The notes beneath the pieces were generated by a model. That model saw only the letters and a list, made by a program, of their open reading frames with translations. It was not told the origin of the DNA and searched no databases. Below, piece after piece: positions 1 to 10,164 of a stretch of DNA of 64,000 nt (its first letter is position 1; each line of letters begins with the position of its first letter). A program made the position numbers and the translations under genes. The stretch comes from a bacterium (GTDB lineage Bacteria > UBA8248): contig CBDCRP010000002.1 of assembly GCA_965221165.1 (NCBI GenBank), forward strand, positions 64,001 through 128,000, given 5' to 3'.

Positions 1-639
1 CAGCCGACCTGGCTCAAAAAGATTTTCCAGGCGGGCTTTCGGCTCGCGTTCGGCGGAGTCGAGGTCCACGGCATGGACAACGTGCCGTCCGGTGGCCCGC
101 TGATCGTCGCCTCTAATCACCGAAGCTACCTAGACCCCGTGATACTCGCCTCCTTCCTGCCGAGACGTGTGTACCACATGGGCAAGCGGGAACTGTTCCG
201 CAACCCCCTGTTCGCCAGGCTCATCACCTACTTCGGCGCCTTCCCCGTGGACAGGGACGGGGCCGCGCGCGCCAGCACTTTCAGGACAGCGCTCAGACTC
301 TTGAATCTCAACGGGGCGGTGGTGATTTTCCCAGAAGGCGGCATCGTGGATTCGACGGCCGAGGTGGAAGTGAAAGAAGGCGTCGCCACCCTGGCCTCCA
401 TGAGCCGCGCCCCCGTTCTTCCCGTCTTTATCGCGGGGTCGAATACTCTGATCAGCCCGAGGGGAATCCTCGACCCCTGGCTCGTCATTCGCGTGGGCGA
501 GGTCATCCGTCCGGCGCAAGGAAAGGGCCGGGAATACCGCAGAGAATTCGCTCAAAACATCGCCGATGGGATATTGAAACTGGAGGCGGATTTTCTGGCC
601 GCAAAAAGAGAAGGCAAGAAGCAGGGAACGAAGTTATGA
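1..639 (+). CDS. plsC: 1-acyl-sn-glycerol-3-phosphate acyltransferase (5'-partial; frame open from base 1)
   Basis: NHRSYLD (NHx4D) and FPEG motifs; frame +1 has no stop from base 1 to the ATG at 73. Confidence 0.85.
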   Translation, partial: QPTWLKKIFQAGFRLAFGGVEVHGMDNVPSGGPLIVASNHRSYLDPVILASFLPRRVYHMGKRELFRNPLFARLITYFGAFPVDRDGAARASTFRTALRLLNLNGAVVIFPEGGIVDSTAEVEVKEGVATLASMSRAPVLPVFIAGSNTLISPRGILDPWLVIRVGEVIRPAQGKGREYRREFAQNIADGILKLEADFLAAKREGKKQGTKL

Positions 640-697
640 CGCTTGGGGAGTATTTTGCGCCATTCCCTAAAACAGGCATATTTAGACGAGCGCCGGC

Positions 698-743
698 AAA
701 AAGAAACCCCGCCATCTGCGCAAGGTGACGGGGTTTCTTTTTT
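698..743. terminator. Bidirectional intrinsic terminator
   Basis: AAAAAGAAACCCCG...CGGGGTTTCTTTTT inverted repeat between convergent genes. Confidence 0.75.
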
Positions 744-827
744 GGGGAGGCTATCCAGGAACAGGCGGCTCTCCCGCCCAAGCGCCTCTCTATTCAACTG
801 GAGAGCTGCAAGCCTCGAACGAAAAAC

Positions 828-2180
828 CTAGAAGCTATACACAAGCCCCAGTTGCAGGCGCGTCGCGTCGCCCTTTCTGCCGTCGTTGGTCTCGCGCCAG
901 CCTTGTATGAGTTCTGCTCCAACACGCATCTTGGGCGCAGGCGACCACCAGATGGTGGCGTGCAGCGTACGCTGCGACTGGCTGAGATTCGCATACGTCG
1001 CCTTGGCGTCGCCGAAATCGCTCTCGACCCAACCGTAGTACACGCCCGAACTCACGGAGCCGCTCCAGTTGTGCGTGAGGCCGACAAAACCGCCCATCAA
1101 ATCCAGGGCTTCCAGTTCGCCCCCCGCACCCAGGACGGCGGCGGCGGGCGCTCCGATCATGGAGTTCAAACCGCCTTGGCCGACGTTGAACGTCCCCCAC
1201 AGTCGGGTGTTTTTCCCCAAGCCGAGGTTCGCGCCGAGGTGGAGGGCGGTGATCGTGAGGCTTTCTTCCACCGCGCCTGCTTCGTAGAGAACCTGCCCCA
1301 TCAGGCCCGACACGTTAATGGCGCCCCAACTCGTTTTCATTCGCAGAGCAGCTATAAAATTCGGCATCCGATCCTGGGAGGACTTCGTGAGATAATCCGG
1401 TTCATCGGGCTCCCCCCTTTTAGGATTGTCACCAGTCAGAATAGTCGGGGCGCCGGGATCTTCGAGCGCGACCTGGGCGGTGAGGTTCTTCCCCATGGCC
1501 GAGGTATAGCGCAACTGAGGAGTGCGCGCGGCGACCACGCCCACCGGCCCCTCTAAGTCCACCGTGTCGGCGTAGGTATTCTCGTCCCCCAAGATTGACC
1601 AGGTCCGGCCCGCAAGAACAGAACCCAACGAAGCGTAGGCGTGGCGAAGGCGCAGGTGTATGTCGTCGTTGTAGTAGAAATCGGTCTCGATGCGGGTTTT
1701 GAGCGCACCCTTATTCGTCGGCGTCAGGCTGTCAAACCGGAGACGCGTCTGCTTGGCGTGCATGGAAAAGTTGCGCTTGCGCTTACCACTGTCATCGCCA
1801 TCCAGGAGAATGCCACTCGGGCTGCCCCCGGAATCGTAACCGAAAAAGGAATCGCCGATATCCTGGTCGAAATCGTAGATCGCGTCGAGCTTGACGTAGC
1901 CGCTGAAGGAGACCGACGTGTTGCTACCCGGCATCTTCCAGGACCCCGGAAAATCGCCGGTAGCCACGGCCTTTTTCTGGACGGCTTCCGCCGCGGCCTT
2001 CATATCGGCCTTCATCTTCTTCTCTCGGGCCTCGAGGCCTTCTAGCCGTTTCATGAGCGCTTTGATCTGCGTCTTCAGATCGTCGATCTCTCCGCCGGTG
2101 GCCGGCGCAACGAACAACGCGAGAGCCATGACGAAACCGACGAGTGCGAAGCCGACACGATTTTTCCGGTTTTTCCTCAT
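828..2180 (-). CDS. DcaP-family outer-membrane porin
   Basis: Signal peptide, N-terminal coiled coil, GYVKLDAIYD, RLRHAY and GRTWS motifs, C-terminal YSF. Confidence 0.8.
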   Translation of the reverse strand: MRKNRKNRVGFALVGFVMALALFVAPATGGEIDDLKTQIKALMKRLEGLEAREKKMKADMKAAAEAVQKKAVATGDFPGSWKMPGSNTSVSFSGYVKLDAIYDFDQDIGDSFFGYDSGGSPSGILLDGDDSGKRKRNFSMHAKQTRLRFDSLTPTNKGALKTRIETDFYYNDDIHLRLRHAYASLGSVLAGRTWSILGDENTYADTVDLEGPVGVVAARTPQLRYTSAMGKNLTAQVALEDPGAPTILTGDNPKRGEPDEPDYLTKSSQDRMPNFIAALRMKTSWGAINVSGLMGQVLYEAGAVEESLTITALHLGANLGLGKNTRLWGTFNVGQGGLNSMIGAPAAAVLGAGGELEALDLMGGFVGLTHNWSGSVSSGVYYGWVESDFGDAKATYANLSQSQRTLHATIWWSPAPKMRVGAELIQGWRETNDGRKGDATRLQLGLVYSF

Positions 2181-2271
2181 TCCTCACCTCCCCGTAAAGG
2201 TCAAGAAGCGAATTTTCTTTCCACATTGGTTTTCGTATCCGGGAACAAAACACCGTAGCCGACAACTCGGT

Positions 2272-3138
2272 TCAAGACCCGCCCAACGCCTTCAGAATGG
2301 TTCGCCTGATCAGGATGGGCGTCACCTGCTTTCTGTAGTCGCCGCTCGCGCGGATATCGGTCAAAGGCTCCAGGTCCGCAAGCGCGTCCGCGAGCACGGC
2401 GTCGATGTTCTCCCCGTTGAGTTCCTTGCCCTGCAGACCCTCTTCCGCCGCCGTGAGGCGTCTGAACACGGCCTCCGCTCCCCCCAAGCCGATTCTCACT
2501 TCTTTGGCCGTCTTGCCGTCGTCTTCGGTGAGCACCGCGGTGGAGATGGATACGCAGGGCTTGTCTTCTTTCGAGCGCGTGGTGAAGCGCGTGTAGGCCG
2601 TTCTGAATCCATCGGGCAGCGGGTCGACCTCGATCGAGCACAACAACTCATCCTCATCCAGAGCGCACTCGTAATAGTCCGTCCAGAACTCCGTGGCTGG
2701 AATCACGCGTTCCGTACCGTCCGCCTTTTTGGTATTCATACGGGCTTCATAGACCAAAAACGCAGCCGGAGGATCAGAGGCCGGTTCCGCGAAACACAGA
2801 TTGCCTCCCACCGTCCCCTGGTTTCGGATGCGAATCGTCGCCACGTTGTGGAAGATTTCCGCGAGTAGCGGAAAACGCTCCTGAACGAGGGGAGAGGTCT
2901 CGATCTTGCGGTGCACCGTCTTCGCCCCGATACGGACTCCGCCGTTTTCGGTCGCTTCGATGAAATCCAGATCTTCCGCCCCCGCGATGTCTATCAACAC
3001 TTCGGGTTCATAGACTCGCGATTTCATGAGAATCGAGAGGGCGACGCCGCCGGCAAACACTTTCCCGTCCTCGCCGTGCTCCTTCATCGCGGCGAGCGTT
3101 TCCTCCACGCTGTTCGCGGATAGATGCCGAAAAGCCAT
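2272..3138 (-). CDS. Xanthine dehydrogenase/CoxM-family FAD-binding subunit
   Basis: AGG, IRNQGTVGGNL, SDPP and DIRASGDYRK motifs. Confidence 0.9.
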   Translation of the reverse strand: MAFRHLSANSVEETLAAMKEHGEDGKVFAGGVALSILMKSRVYEPEVLIDIAGAEDLDFIEATENGGVRIGAKTVHRKIETSPLVQERFPLLAEIFHNVATIRIRNQGTVGGNLCFAEPASDPPAAFLVYEARMNTKKADGTERVIPATEFWTDYYECALDEDELLCSIEVDPLPDGFRTAYTRFTTRSKEDKPCVSISTAVLTEDDGKTAKEVRIGLGGAEAVFRRLTAAEEGLQGKELNGENIDAVLADALADLEPLTDIRASGDYRKQVTPILIRRTILKALGGS

Positions 3139-3157
3139 TTTTTATCCCCTCTCTTCG

Positions 3158-5443
3158 CTATTCGCCGTTTTTCTCGTTCAATGCCGCCAGCACTTTTTCG
3201 GGCGTTATCGGCAGCGACGTGATACGAACGCCCACGGCGTCATAGATCGCGTTGCCTATCGCCGCCGAGGTGCCCAACTGCGCCATCTCGCCCAGCCCCT
3301 TTGCGCCATACGGCCCCGAGGGATTTTCCGTCTCGATGAGCACGGTTTCGAGTTCGGGCAAATCCTGGGTCGTCGGCAGCTTGTAGTCGAGCCAGTTCGC
3401 GTTCACCGGCTGGCCGTCTTCGACCTCGAAATCCTCCATTATGGCGTAGCCCACGCCCATCAGCGCGCCGCCGTCCACCTGGCCCTGCGCGCCGGCGGGG
3501 TTCACGATGGTTCCCACGTCGTTCGTGCTGATGACCCGCAATACCTCGAACGCGCCGGTTTCGGTGTCCACTTCCACCTCCGCCACCTTCGCGCCGTAGG
3601 CATAGGCCGCGGACCAGTTTCCATAACCCGTCACGGGGTCGGGCGTCTCGCTCGGCGAGTCATAAGAAGACGCCGTATAGACGGCCTCGCTGCCCTCTTT
3701 CTCGTATATCTTCATGTAGGCTTCGCTGTGGGTCACCTGCCGCTCGGGAGAACTGGTGACGAAAATTTTACCCTCGCGCGCGTCCAGGTCGTTCGGGTCG
3801 CACTCGAGCAGTTCCGCCGCGCCCTTGAAGAGCATGTTCTTCGCCTGGACCGACGCCAGGCGCGTAGCCTCGCCGTCAATGGTCGTCGTGCGGCTTCCAC
3901 GCACGCCCCATCCGTAGGGGTTCACCGCAGTATCCCCGTTGATGATCCGCACGTCCTCAACGCGCACACCCAACGCTTCGGCGCAAATCTGCGCGAGCGT
4001 GGTGTCCGAGCCGTTGCCCATCTCGATGGTGCCCGAGAGCAACTGCACGGTGCCGTCCTTGTTCATCTTGATGAACGCGCCAGCCGTCTCCGGTCCCATC
4101 GCGCGCGCGCCGGTGAAATGAACCGCCGCGGCCAGCCCGAAGCCGCGCTTTTTCCCGTTGCTGCTCGGTTGTTCCTGACGCCAGGGCACCCGCTTGACCG
4201 CCTCCTGTACGCACTCCGAAACGCCGCAACTCGTGATCTTGGCCCCGATGATGGTGGTGTCGCCCTTCCTCACGAAGTTCTTGATACGAAACTCCGCCGG
4301 GTCCATGCCGATTTCCTCGGCGTGTTTCTCCATGGCGAGTTCAGAACCAAAGGAATAGCCGCCGTTGCCTATGCCGCGCATCGCGCCGCCGGGCGGCACG
4401 TTCGTGCAGACGACGTCGGCATGGTGGCGATAGGCCTTGTAGTTGTAGATGCTCCCGCCCATGTGCGCCGTGATGCCGCCGACCGCAGGGCCGTAATCCG
4501 AATACCCGCCGTTTTCCACCACCATCCGGGTGTCGCGCGCCAGGAGCATGCCGTCCTTGTCGGTGGCGATGCGCCACACGTGGAACTGCTTCGTCCGGTG
4601 GGTGCCGAGAAGGAACTCCTCTTCGCGGTCATAGTAGAATTTCACGGGAAGATACAGCTTTTTCGCCGCGATGATGGAGAGGAAATCGATGTTGAACTTG
4701 CTCGTCGCCTTTCCGCCGAAACCCCCGCCCACGTAGTTCGTGATTACGCGAATCTGAGCCTCCGGGATCTTCAGGAGTTTCGAGAAATACTGGCTCGAAA
4801 GACTCGGGCATTGCGAGGAGTTGTAGACCGTCACGTCGCCCTTCTGCGACCATTCGGCGATGGAGACGTGCATCTCGAAAGAGCCGTGCATCTGGCGCGA
4901 GGAGGAGGTGGCCAACTCGCTCACGTGGTGGGCCTCGTCGAACATCCGCTCCACGTCACCGAATTCCATGTGCTTGGTGAAGGCGATGTTGTTCGGGTAT
5001 CTGTCATGGAGGATGGGAGCGCCCTCTTGCATCGCCTCGTGCGGATCGAACACGGCGGGAAGCTCCTCGTAGTCCACGTCGATCAAATCGAGCGCCTCTT
5101 TCGCGATGTCTTCGGAAGTCGCCACGACGGCCACCACCGAGTCGCCCACGAAGCGCACCTTGTCCGTGGCGAGGGGACGCTGATCGTAGCAGACGGGTAC
5201 GACGCCCCATTCCACTTCGTCGGGTATGTCCTTCGACGTCATCACGAGCTTGACGCCGGGGAGCCTCTCGGCGCGGCTGGTGTCGATGTTCCTGATCCGC
5301 GCGTGCGGGAGGGGACTTCCCAACAGCTTCCCGTGAAGCATTTTGGGCAACTGAAGGTCAAGGGTGTACATGGCCCGGCCAGTCACTTTTTCCGGCCCAT
5401 CGACGCGAGGCACGCTTTTTCCGACGTATGAGAGTTCAGCCAT
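3158..5443 (-). CDS. Xanthine dehydrogenase-family molybdopterin-binding large subunit
   Basis: VGKSVPRVDG..KVTG, VGGGFGGK, AMRGIG, GSRTT and GAKGLGE motifs; GGAGG RBS before ATG 5443. Confidence 0.9.
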   Translation of the reverse strand: MAELSYVGKSVPRVDGPEKVTGRAMYTLDLQLPKMLHGKLLGSPLPHARIRNIDTSRAERLPGVKLVMTSKDIPDEVEWGVVPVCYDQRPLATDKVRFVGDSVVAVVATSEDIAKEALDLIDVDYEELPAVFDPHEAMQEGAPILHDRYPNNIAFTKHMEFGDVERMFDEAHHVSELATSSSRQMHGSFEMHVSIAEWSQKGDVTVYNSSQCPSLSSQYFSKLLKIPEAQIRVITNYVGGGFGGKATSKFNIDFLSIIAAKKLYLPVKFYYDREEEFLLGTHRTKQFHVWRIATDKDGMLLARDTRMVVENGGYSDYGPAVGGITAHMGGSIYNYKAYRHHADVVCTNVPPGGAMRGIGNGGYSFGSELAMEKHAEEIGMDPAEFRIKNFVRKGDTTIIGAKITSCGVSECVQEAVKRVPWRQEQPSSNGKKRGFGLAAAVHFTGARAMGPETAGAFIKMNKDGTVQLLSGTIEMGNGSDTTLAQICAEALGVRVEDVRIINGDTAVNPYGWGVRGSRTTTIDGEATRLASVQAKNMLFKGAAELLECDPNDLDAREGKIFVTSSPERQVTHSEAYMKIYEKEGSEAVYTASSYDSPSETPDPVTGYGNWSAAYAYGAKVAEVEVDTETGAFEVLRVISTNDVGTIVNPAGAQGQVDGGALMGVGYAIMEDFEVEDGQPVNANWLDYKLPTTQDLPELETVLIETENPSGPYGAKGLGEMAQLGTSAAIGNAIYDAVGVRITSLPITPEKVLAALNEKNGE

Positions 5444-5788
5444 CACAACCTCCACTCGTTCGCGGCTTCAAAACGCATGCCGCAGGGCATTTTTATTTTC
5501 TTATCCTTCGGTTGATGTTCAGGTGCATATACCATTCCCACTCCATCGCAATCCCCCCGGGACTCGACAGAACGCGATGTCGTCCTCATTGTATTCGATG
5601 AGGCTATCATAACAACTCCAGGGGCAAAATAAAACCCCCCAAAAATCGCCAAAAGAAGCCTCATGGCATTTCGGGAAATAGCCCCTCCCGCTTCCTCCCC
5701 TTCGGTTTGTGGTGTATTATCCGCCGACATAAGCAACAATGTGACAGATTTTCCGTTCATACCAAAAACCCAGGGTTGGAGTGACGCA

Positions 5789-6535
5789 ATGCCCATTCGT
5801 TTTGATTTTCAGGGCCGCAAGGTCATCCTCACGGGCGCGGCGGGCGCCATGGGAAGCCGCATCCTGCAAGGATACTTAGAAGCCGGCGCCAAGGTTTTCG
5901 CCACCGACAGAGAAGGAGCGGCCTTCGATGCAATCGACGGCCCATCCGATCAGCTCTTCAAGCTCCCCTGCGATCTGACCGATCTGGACGCCATCCGCAC
6001 CACCATGCGCGAGGCCTTGAGCTGGCTCGACGGGTGTGACGTGCTGGCCAACGTGGCCGGCTACATGCCGATTCGCCCGCCGATGGAACTCGAAGAAGAG
6101 GACTGGGACGTGGTGCTGGACGTGAACCTGCTGGCCCCTTATTTCTGCATTCAGGAAACCATCGAGGCCCTCAAGGCATCCGGCACGGGGCGCATCATCA
6201 GTTTCGCTTCCATCGCCGGCAAAATGGGGGGCATCGGGCCAAACCTCACCTACGCCGCCGCCAAGGCGGGCCTGCTCGCCATGACGTTCAACCTGGCGCG
6301 CGAACTCGCCAAGACGGGCGTGACGATAAACACCATACAGCCGGGCCCGGCCGATACGGGCCTTCATTTCCAGTCCCCGCCCGAGATGCTGGTGAACGCC
6401 GAGAAGGCCCACCCCATGGGCCGGCTCACGACGCCGGAGGACGTGTGGCAGACCGTCTTGTTCCTCTCGAGCGAGGAAGCCGCCCACATCAACGGAGAGG
6501 CCGTGGACGTGAACGGCGGCTTCTGGACGGACTAG
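5789..6535 (+). CDS. Short-chain dehydrogenase/reductase
   Basis: TGAAGAMG, NVAG and YAAAK motifs; probable start is ATG 5789. Confidence 0.9.
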   Translation: MPIRFDFQGRKVILTGAAGAMGSRILQGYLEAGAKVFATDREGAAFDAIDGPSDQLFKLPCDLTDLDAIRTTMREALSWLDGCDVLANVAGYMPIRPPMELEEEDWDVVLDVNLLAPYFCIQETIEALKASGTGRIISFASIAGKMGGIGPNLTYAAAKAGLLAMTFNLARELAKTGVTINTIQPGPADTGLHFQSPPEMLVNAEKAHPMGRLTTPEDVWQTVLFLSSEEAAHINGEAVDVNGGFWTD

Positions 6536-6555
6536 CGGAGAAGAAGGAGAACACC

Positions 6556-7389
6556 ATGTCGAGCGACAACCCGAAAGGATATGCGAATCCCGACCTGCTC
6601 TGGTCGGCCGCGCAACTCAAAGAACGCATGGACGACCCGAATTTAAAAATCATCGACACGCGCCCCGGCGAGCGATACACGATGGGCCACATTCTCGACG
6701 CGCGGCATTTCGACGTCTACGGCGTGAACAGCGATGATTCGAGCGAGGCTCCGCTCCGCAATTTCTTCAACATGTGGGCGTTTCTGCTGGGGAACCGGGG
6801 AGTGTCGTTCGAGAACGCAATCGTCTTCTACGACGACTTCGTCGGCAACACGAGCGTACGCGGGTTCTGGATGCTCGAGCTTTTCGGCCACAAGGACGTC
6901 CACGTGCTCGACGGAGGCTACGGCGCATGGGAGCGGGCGGGTTTCGAGATGACGCGCGACGCAGAAGTGCCCCAAGCCGCTTCTTTTAAGATGGCGTTCG
7001 AGCCGCATCGCCTCGCCACGCGAGAAGACGTGATGGCGGCTATCGAGGACGACAACCACATGCTGCTCGACACCCGCTCGATAGAAGAATGGGAGGCAAC
7101 GAGCGTGCGCGCCAAGCGGAGCGGAATCATTCCCGGCGCCGTCTGGCAGGAGTGGCTCCGGCACTTGACGCCCGAGGGCGAGATGAAGCCTGCGGCGGAG
7201 CTTCGTGCCCAGTTCGAGGCCATCGGGATCACGCCCGAAAAAGAAGTGACCGCCTACTGACAGACGGGCTACCGTGCGGCGCACGGCTATTTCGCCCTGA
7301 GACTTCTGGATTATCCCAAAGTCAGAAACTACATGAGTTCCTGGAAGGAATGGGGCAATCGCGAGGATACGCCCATCGCGCAGGCGTAA
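6556..7389 (+). CDS. Tandem-domain rhodanese sulfurtransferase with selenocysteine at the catalytic position (TGA 7258-7260)
   Basis: Readthrough gives [48 protein letters not shown]-stop, completing the rhodanese C-terminus (YCxxGxR...YxxSWxEW); AAGGAGA RBS before ATG 6556. Confidence 0.9.
7261..7297 (+). promoter_or_regulatory. Putative bacterial SECIS element
   Basis: CCGTGC-GGC-GCACGG hairpin (7272-7286), G-initiated loop 17 nt after the UGA, lower GGGC/GCCC stem. Confidence 0.7.
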
Positions 7390-7425
7390 AACGTGAACTA
7401 AGGCACTGGCCTTATCTTCATGTTT

Positions 7426-8241
7426 TCACACGTTTCGCACTTTCCTGCCAAGAAGTTTGTTCGGTGGCAAATACGCTACAGGATCACAAAAGCGAGGCCC
7501 GACTTGGCGGAGCCAAGAGTCGAACCATACGTACCACGCCAAGAGAGCATTTTCACCAAAATTTGCTATTTTAACCGACTCCAGACTTAGAGACGGTAGG
7601 GCATTAGGCGATTGAGTCTGAAATCTTTCCCTATAAGGACTATTTGGTTGTCCCAATGTCGAAAGCTCAAGGAATTGACCAGAACGCGCTACTAGTTTGT
7701 TGAGGACCAAAATGAGATCTGGGCGCTCCAATGAGGATGATTCTTCTAGTATATCCAATAAGTTTTTCTTCACGGTCTCGGGTTCTGGTGAATCGAAGGC
7801 CCATATTACGAAAAGGGAATCCGTAATTCTCATAGGTGTCCCTGCATCACAGAATTTTCGTACCAGCTTCTTAAATTTTTTTCCTTTTTCAATAGCGTCT
7901 TCCAACTCATGTCGCCCAAGATTAGTTTTAACTTCGATTAAGGCATAAACAGATTCAACAGGCCACATCTTTTTAGGAGCATCTGGCAATAAGGGAGAAT
8001 TGTTTAGATGATCAACGATCATTAAGTCGGCTTGTCCCGAAGATTCTCCATTATGTGAAATTATAAACCCAGTGCTTATCCCAAACCGCTTAGGTAAATG
8101 ACTCTCTAAAAATTTTTGGACAAGATCTTCACGATTTTCACCAGCCGATGGCCGATGCAACGCAAAATCCTGACGTATCCGCTTAGAACGCAACGCCATT
8201 TCTTCGGTGACATAACTCATATGGTCAGAAAGTTTCATCAT
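7426..8241 (-). CDS. DUF6602-like protein (PD-(D/E)xK-like), low GC
   Basis: GENRE..FL..HLP, SGQADLMIVD and PVESVYALIEVK pattern; AT-rich relative to neighbours. Confidence 0.65.
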   Translation of the reverse strand: MMKLSDHMSYVTEEMALRSKRIRQDFALHRPSAGENREDLVQKFLESHLPKRFGISTGFIISHNGESSGQADLMIVDHLNNSPLLPDAPKKMWPVESVYALIEVKTNLGRHELEDAIEKGKKFKKLVRKFCDAGTPMRITDSLFVIWAFDSPEPETVKKNLLDILEESSSLERPDLILVLNKLVARSGQFLELSTLGQPNSPYRERFQTQSPNALPSLSLESVKIANFGENALLAWYVWFDSWLRQVGPRFCDPVAYLPPNKLLGRKVRNV

Positions 8242-8447
8242 ACCGCCTACTTTTTCTATGAACTACCCCGGAATCAACTTGAGCTAACATAAGACAGGGA
8301 AAATCTGAAGTTAGAACAGTCACGCTCCCTCTACGCCTTGTCTTATACAGCCATCCAAGTCGACGCTTGGCTTAGAAGCACATTAGGGATATAGAGGACA
8401 ACACCCGCCCTCCACGCGCATTAACCCGGCGTCACGTCTTTGTTCGT

Positions 8448-8873
8448 TTACATTTGCCTCGGATGCAGCTCTTCGTACTTACCGTGGTCCGTGTCGATCC
8501 CCGCCATGTGGCGGAAAATTTCCTCGTACCCCGGGGGCGAGAACATCCAGAGGAGTTTCAGGGGAACGTCGCCCGTGTTCCTGAGGCCGTGCGTCACGCC
8601 CACGGGCAGAAAGGCGGTCATGCCCGCCTTGACGTGGTGCACCTCGCCGTCCACTTCCACCTCGGCTTCCCCTTCGTGGAAGAAAAGGATTTCTTCTTCT
8701 TTTTCATGAAGATGGACGGGGATGCCGCCGCCGACGGGGATGTCCTGATTCCCCATACTGAGCATCCGGGAGTTCGTATTCCGGGGGTCGATGAGGATGC
8801 GCCATCCCCGGGGCAGTTCTATGTCTACCATCTCGATCTTTTCGCCGTCGTCCCACTCGAAAACGTATGACAT
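8448..8873 (-). CDS. Cupin-domain protein
   Basis: HLHEKEEE and PVGVTH metal motifs. Confidence 0.85.
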   Translation of the reverse strand: MSYVFEWDDGEKIEMVDIELPRGWRILIDPRNTNSRMLSMGNQDIPVGGGIPVHLHEKEEEILFFHEGEAEVEVDGEVHHVKAGMTAFLPVGVTHGLRNTGDVPLKLLWMFSPPGYEEIFRHMAGIDTDHGKYEELHPRQM

Positions 8874-8928
8874 GTTAAACCCTCCCCAGCCTTGGCGCTC
8901 GCGTGGGGCGCACCGGGTGAGCGGCGCG

Positions 8929-9966
8929 TCAGGCCATCGCGGGCGCGACCTCTTTGGCGAATCTCTCCAGAAGTTTGAGAGACTCTTCGTGTTTCATCCC
9001 GTCGCCGTATACGCCGAGAATCACGTGGTTCAGCCCGAAATCATCTCTTAAGCGATAAAGTTCCTGAATGTTCTCTTTCGCGGAGCCGATGACGCCGCCG
9101 CCTTTTAAGAACTCTTGCACGTCGAGCTTGTAGCTCCAGTTGCGCTGGAGGTGCCTCCCCTCCTCGTCCGTGAACTCCACCTCGTTTACCCTGGTGCGGT
9201 ATTCGAGATAGGAGGAAAGACCGCGCTCGAAAGTTTTCAGATAATCGGCCTGCTCATCATCCTCGCAGACGTAGAAGCGGTGCGTCATGGTGTAGTCGAT
9301 GCCGGAGGTATCTCCCCCTCTCGCCGCCACGGCCTCCTCGTAGAGCTTCATCTTCTCGCTGTAGACTTTGGGGCCCTTGAAGCCGGCGGAGGCCATGATC
9401 TTGAACCCGTTCTCGCCGGCGTAGGTGTAGGTCTCGGGACTCGTTCCGGCGAGCCAGATGGGCGGCCTCGGCTTTTGGATGGGTCGGGGGAAAATCTGCA
9501 CGTCCTTGCACCGGTAATACTCGCCCTCGAAGGTCACCTGCTCGCCTTCCAGGAGCCTCGATACAATCTCCAGACCCTCTACGAGGCGCTTTCTGCTCTC
9601 AGAGGGTTTCATGCCGAACGACTTGAATTCCTTGGGCTGGGACCCCCTGCCCACGCCGAGTTCGAGCCTCCCGCCGCTCAGCAGATCGACCACAGCCGCC
9701 TGCTCGGCCAGACGCACCGGATTATGAAACGGCATGATGGATATCGCCGTCCCCAGGCGGATGTTTTTCGTCTTCTGCGCCAGCGCCGCGCACCAGAGCA
9801 AGGGATCCGGGCACATGCCCACTTTGGAGAAATGGTGCTCCGCAAACCATGCGCAATGATAGCCGAGTTCATCCGCCGCCTGGCATTGCTCCATCACCTT
9901 CTGGTAGGCGTCAGCCTCTGACTCATCTCCCTCGGGGCATATCACGTAAAAAATCGAAAATTTCAT
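8929..9966 (-). CDS. Luciferase-like (LLM) flavin-dependent oxidoreductase
   Basis: WFAEHHF, RLAEQAAVVDLLSGGRLELGVGRG and PRPIQKPRPPIW. Confidence 0.9.
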   Translation of the reverse strand: MKFSIFYVICPEGDESEADAYQKVMEQCQAADELGYHCAWFAEHHFSKVGMCPDPLLWCAALAQKTKNIRLGTAISIMPFHNPVRLAEQAAVVDLLSGGRLELGVGRGSQPKEFKSFGMKPSESRKRLVEGLEIVSRLLEGEQVTFEGEYYRCKDVQIFPRPIQKPRPPIWLAGTSPETYTYAGENGFKIMASAGFKGPKVYSEKMKLYEEAVAARGGDTSGIDYTMTHRFYVCEDDEQADYLKTFERGLSSYLEYRTRVNEVEFTDEEGRHLQRNWSYKLDVQEFLKGGGVIGSAKENIQELYRLRDDFGLNHVILGVYGDGMKHEESLKLLERFAKEVAPAMA

Positions 9967-10164
9967 TGCACTCTATCCTTTATCACCCTGCTCAATTCGT
10001 AGATAAGACATCGTTCCCCCCTCACCTCGGGCGGTTTTGTCTGTTTGAATGGAGCCATTAAATTATCATCTTATTCGCGGTCTGAGAAGCGGCTCAGATT
10101 CAGGAGACAATTTCCCCGCCCTGGGCTAGGATGAGGCATCGTTCCAGGAATAAGGAGGAAAGGC

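Noticed and set aside
3026-5431. 801-aa plus-strand ORF (and similar long ORFs such as 48005-49783, 25957-27162 and 10948-12123)
   Set aside because: Antisense shadows of real GC-rich genes with no recognisable motifs
8282-8317. Integron attC site beside the low-GC gene (CTAAC...GTTAG)
   Set aside because: Too short, poor match to RYYYAAC/GTTRRRY, no internal palindrome and no integrase
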